From PVC group bacterium (GTDB taxonomy: Bacteria; Auribacterota; Erginobacteria; Erginobacterales; Erginobacteraceae): a stretch of 14,605 nucleotides of DNA. The DNA is taken from positions 1 through 14,605 of the forward strand of contig JAZDIV010000133.1 of assembly GCA_043804695.1 (NCBI GenBank), read 5' to 3'. The notes below the pieces were generated by a model, which searched no databases, was not told the origin of the DNA, and saw nothing but the letters and a program-made list of their open reading frames with translations. This document shows, one piece after another, positions 14,203 to 14,605 of the stretch. The stretch's first letter is position 1; every line of letters starts with the position of its first letter. The translations under genes and the position numbers were made by a program.

Positions 14203-14403
14203 TCAGCCAAAGGCTGATCTCCGCCAGAGGCGGATCTCCTCCCGAGGCGGATCTCCTCCCGAGGCGGATCTCCTCCCGAGGCGGATCTCCTCCCGAGGCG
14301 GATCTCCTCCCGAGGCGGATCTCCTCCCGAGGCGGATCAGCCTCTGGCTGAAGCCTCTGGCTGAAGCCTCTGGCTGAAGCCTCTGGCTGAAGCCTCGGGC
14401 TGA
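14203..14403. repeat. Compound VNTR derived from REP-like palindromes
   Basis: TCAGCCAAAGGCTGA; then 6 full copies plus 10 nt of GAGGCGGATCTCCTCCC (14227-14338); then 5 copies of AGCCTCTGGCTGA (14339-14403, last copy with 1 change). Confidence 0.95.
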
Positions 14404-14405
14404 AA

Positions 14406-14580
14406 ATAACAAACAAATCACAAATTCCAAATCACAATGACCAAAACGGTTAAGCTGCGCTATCAGATGTAGACCGACTGTTTGTTATTTTGGTCATTGG
14501 AATTTGTTTGTTATCCGCCTTCGCGAGAGCGCCATAACCGCTTCGGCGGAGGCGCTTTGGGATTTGAAATTTGGAATTTT
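14406..14580. repeat. Inverted heptamer-repeat element with a nested GC-rich palindrome
   Basis: ATAACAAACAAAT (14406-14418) pairs with 14502-14514; AATGACCAAAA (14436-14446) pairs with 14488-14498; a GC-rich CCGCC...GGCGGAGGCG insert lies at 14515-14554. Confidence 0.78.
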
Positions 14581-14605
14581 GTCAGTAGTCATATTCAAGG
14601 TATCG

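Noticed and set aside
14227..14403. CRISPR array
   Set aside because: The units are 17 and 13 bp, directly abutting with no unique spacers, and there are no cas genes in the window.
14150..14430. ORFs 14150-14416, 14203-14430 and the tail of 13749-14351
   Set aside because: These are translations of the tandem repeats, with periodic peptides and no domain signal.
14582..14605. Possible 3' end of an upstream - strand gene (…RYLEYDY*)
   Set aside because: Only 8 codons are visible, too little to support a call.

Overview
GC-rich bacterial window with AT-rich, repeat-laden spacers; all convincing genes lie on the - strand. The right part (14134 to 3335) is a probable operon: MlaE-like permease, degenerate MlaF-like ABC ATPase, MlaD/MCE protein, TPR-like lipoprotein, SH3-like exported protein, M48 lipoprotein peptidase, CHASE2 class III adenylate cyclase, MBL-fold hydrolase (putative cNMP phosphodiesterase) and an MscS channel fused to a cNMP-binding domain. 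This looks like a self-contained make/break/respond cAMP circuit next to an MCE transporter. The left part holds an MFS transporter, an RHH/RelE toxin-antitoxin pair bracketed by two degenerate integron attC-like sites (no integrase in the window), and a Phd/VapC pair. An unannotated IS110-family remnant (structured 5' non-coding region plus the first 19 codons) sits at the R'' end of one attC and is cut off by a 60-bp palindrome. Almost every spacer carries palindromic or short tandem repeats, including a duplicated ~230-bp double-hairpin element and a family of cGNAg-triloop hairpins. All calls come from motif recognition by eye; no searches were run.
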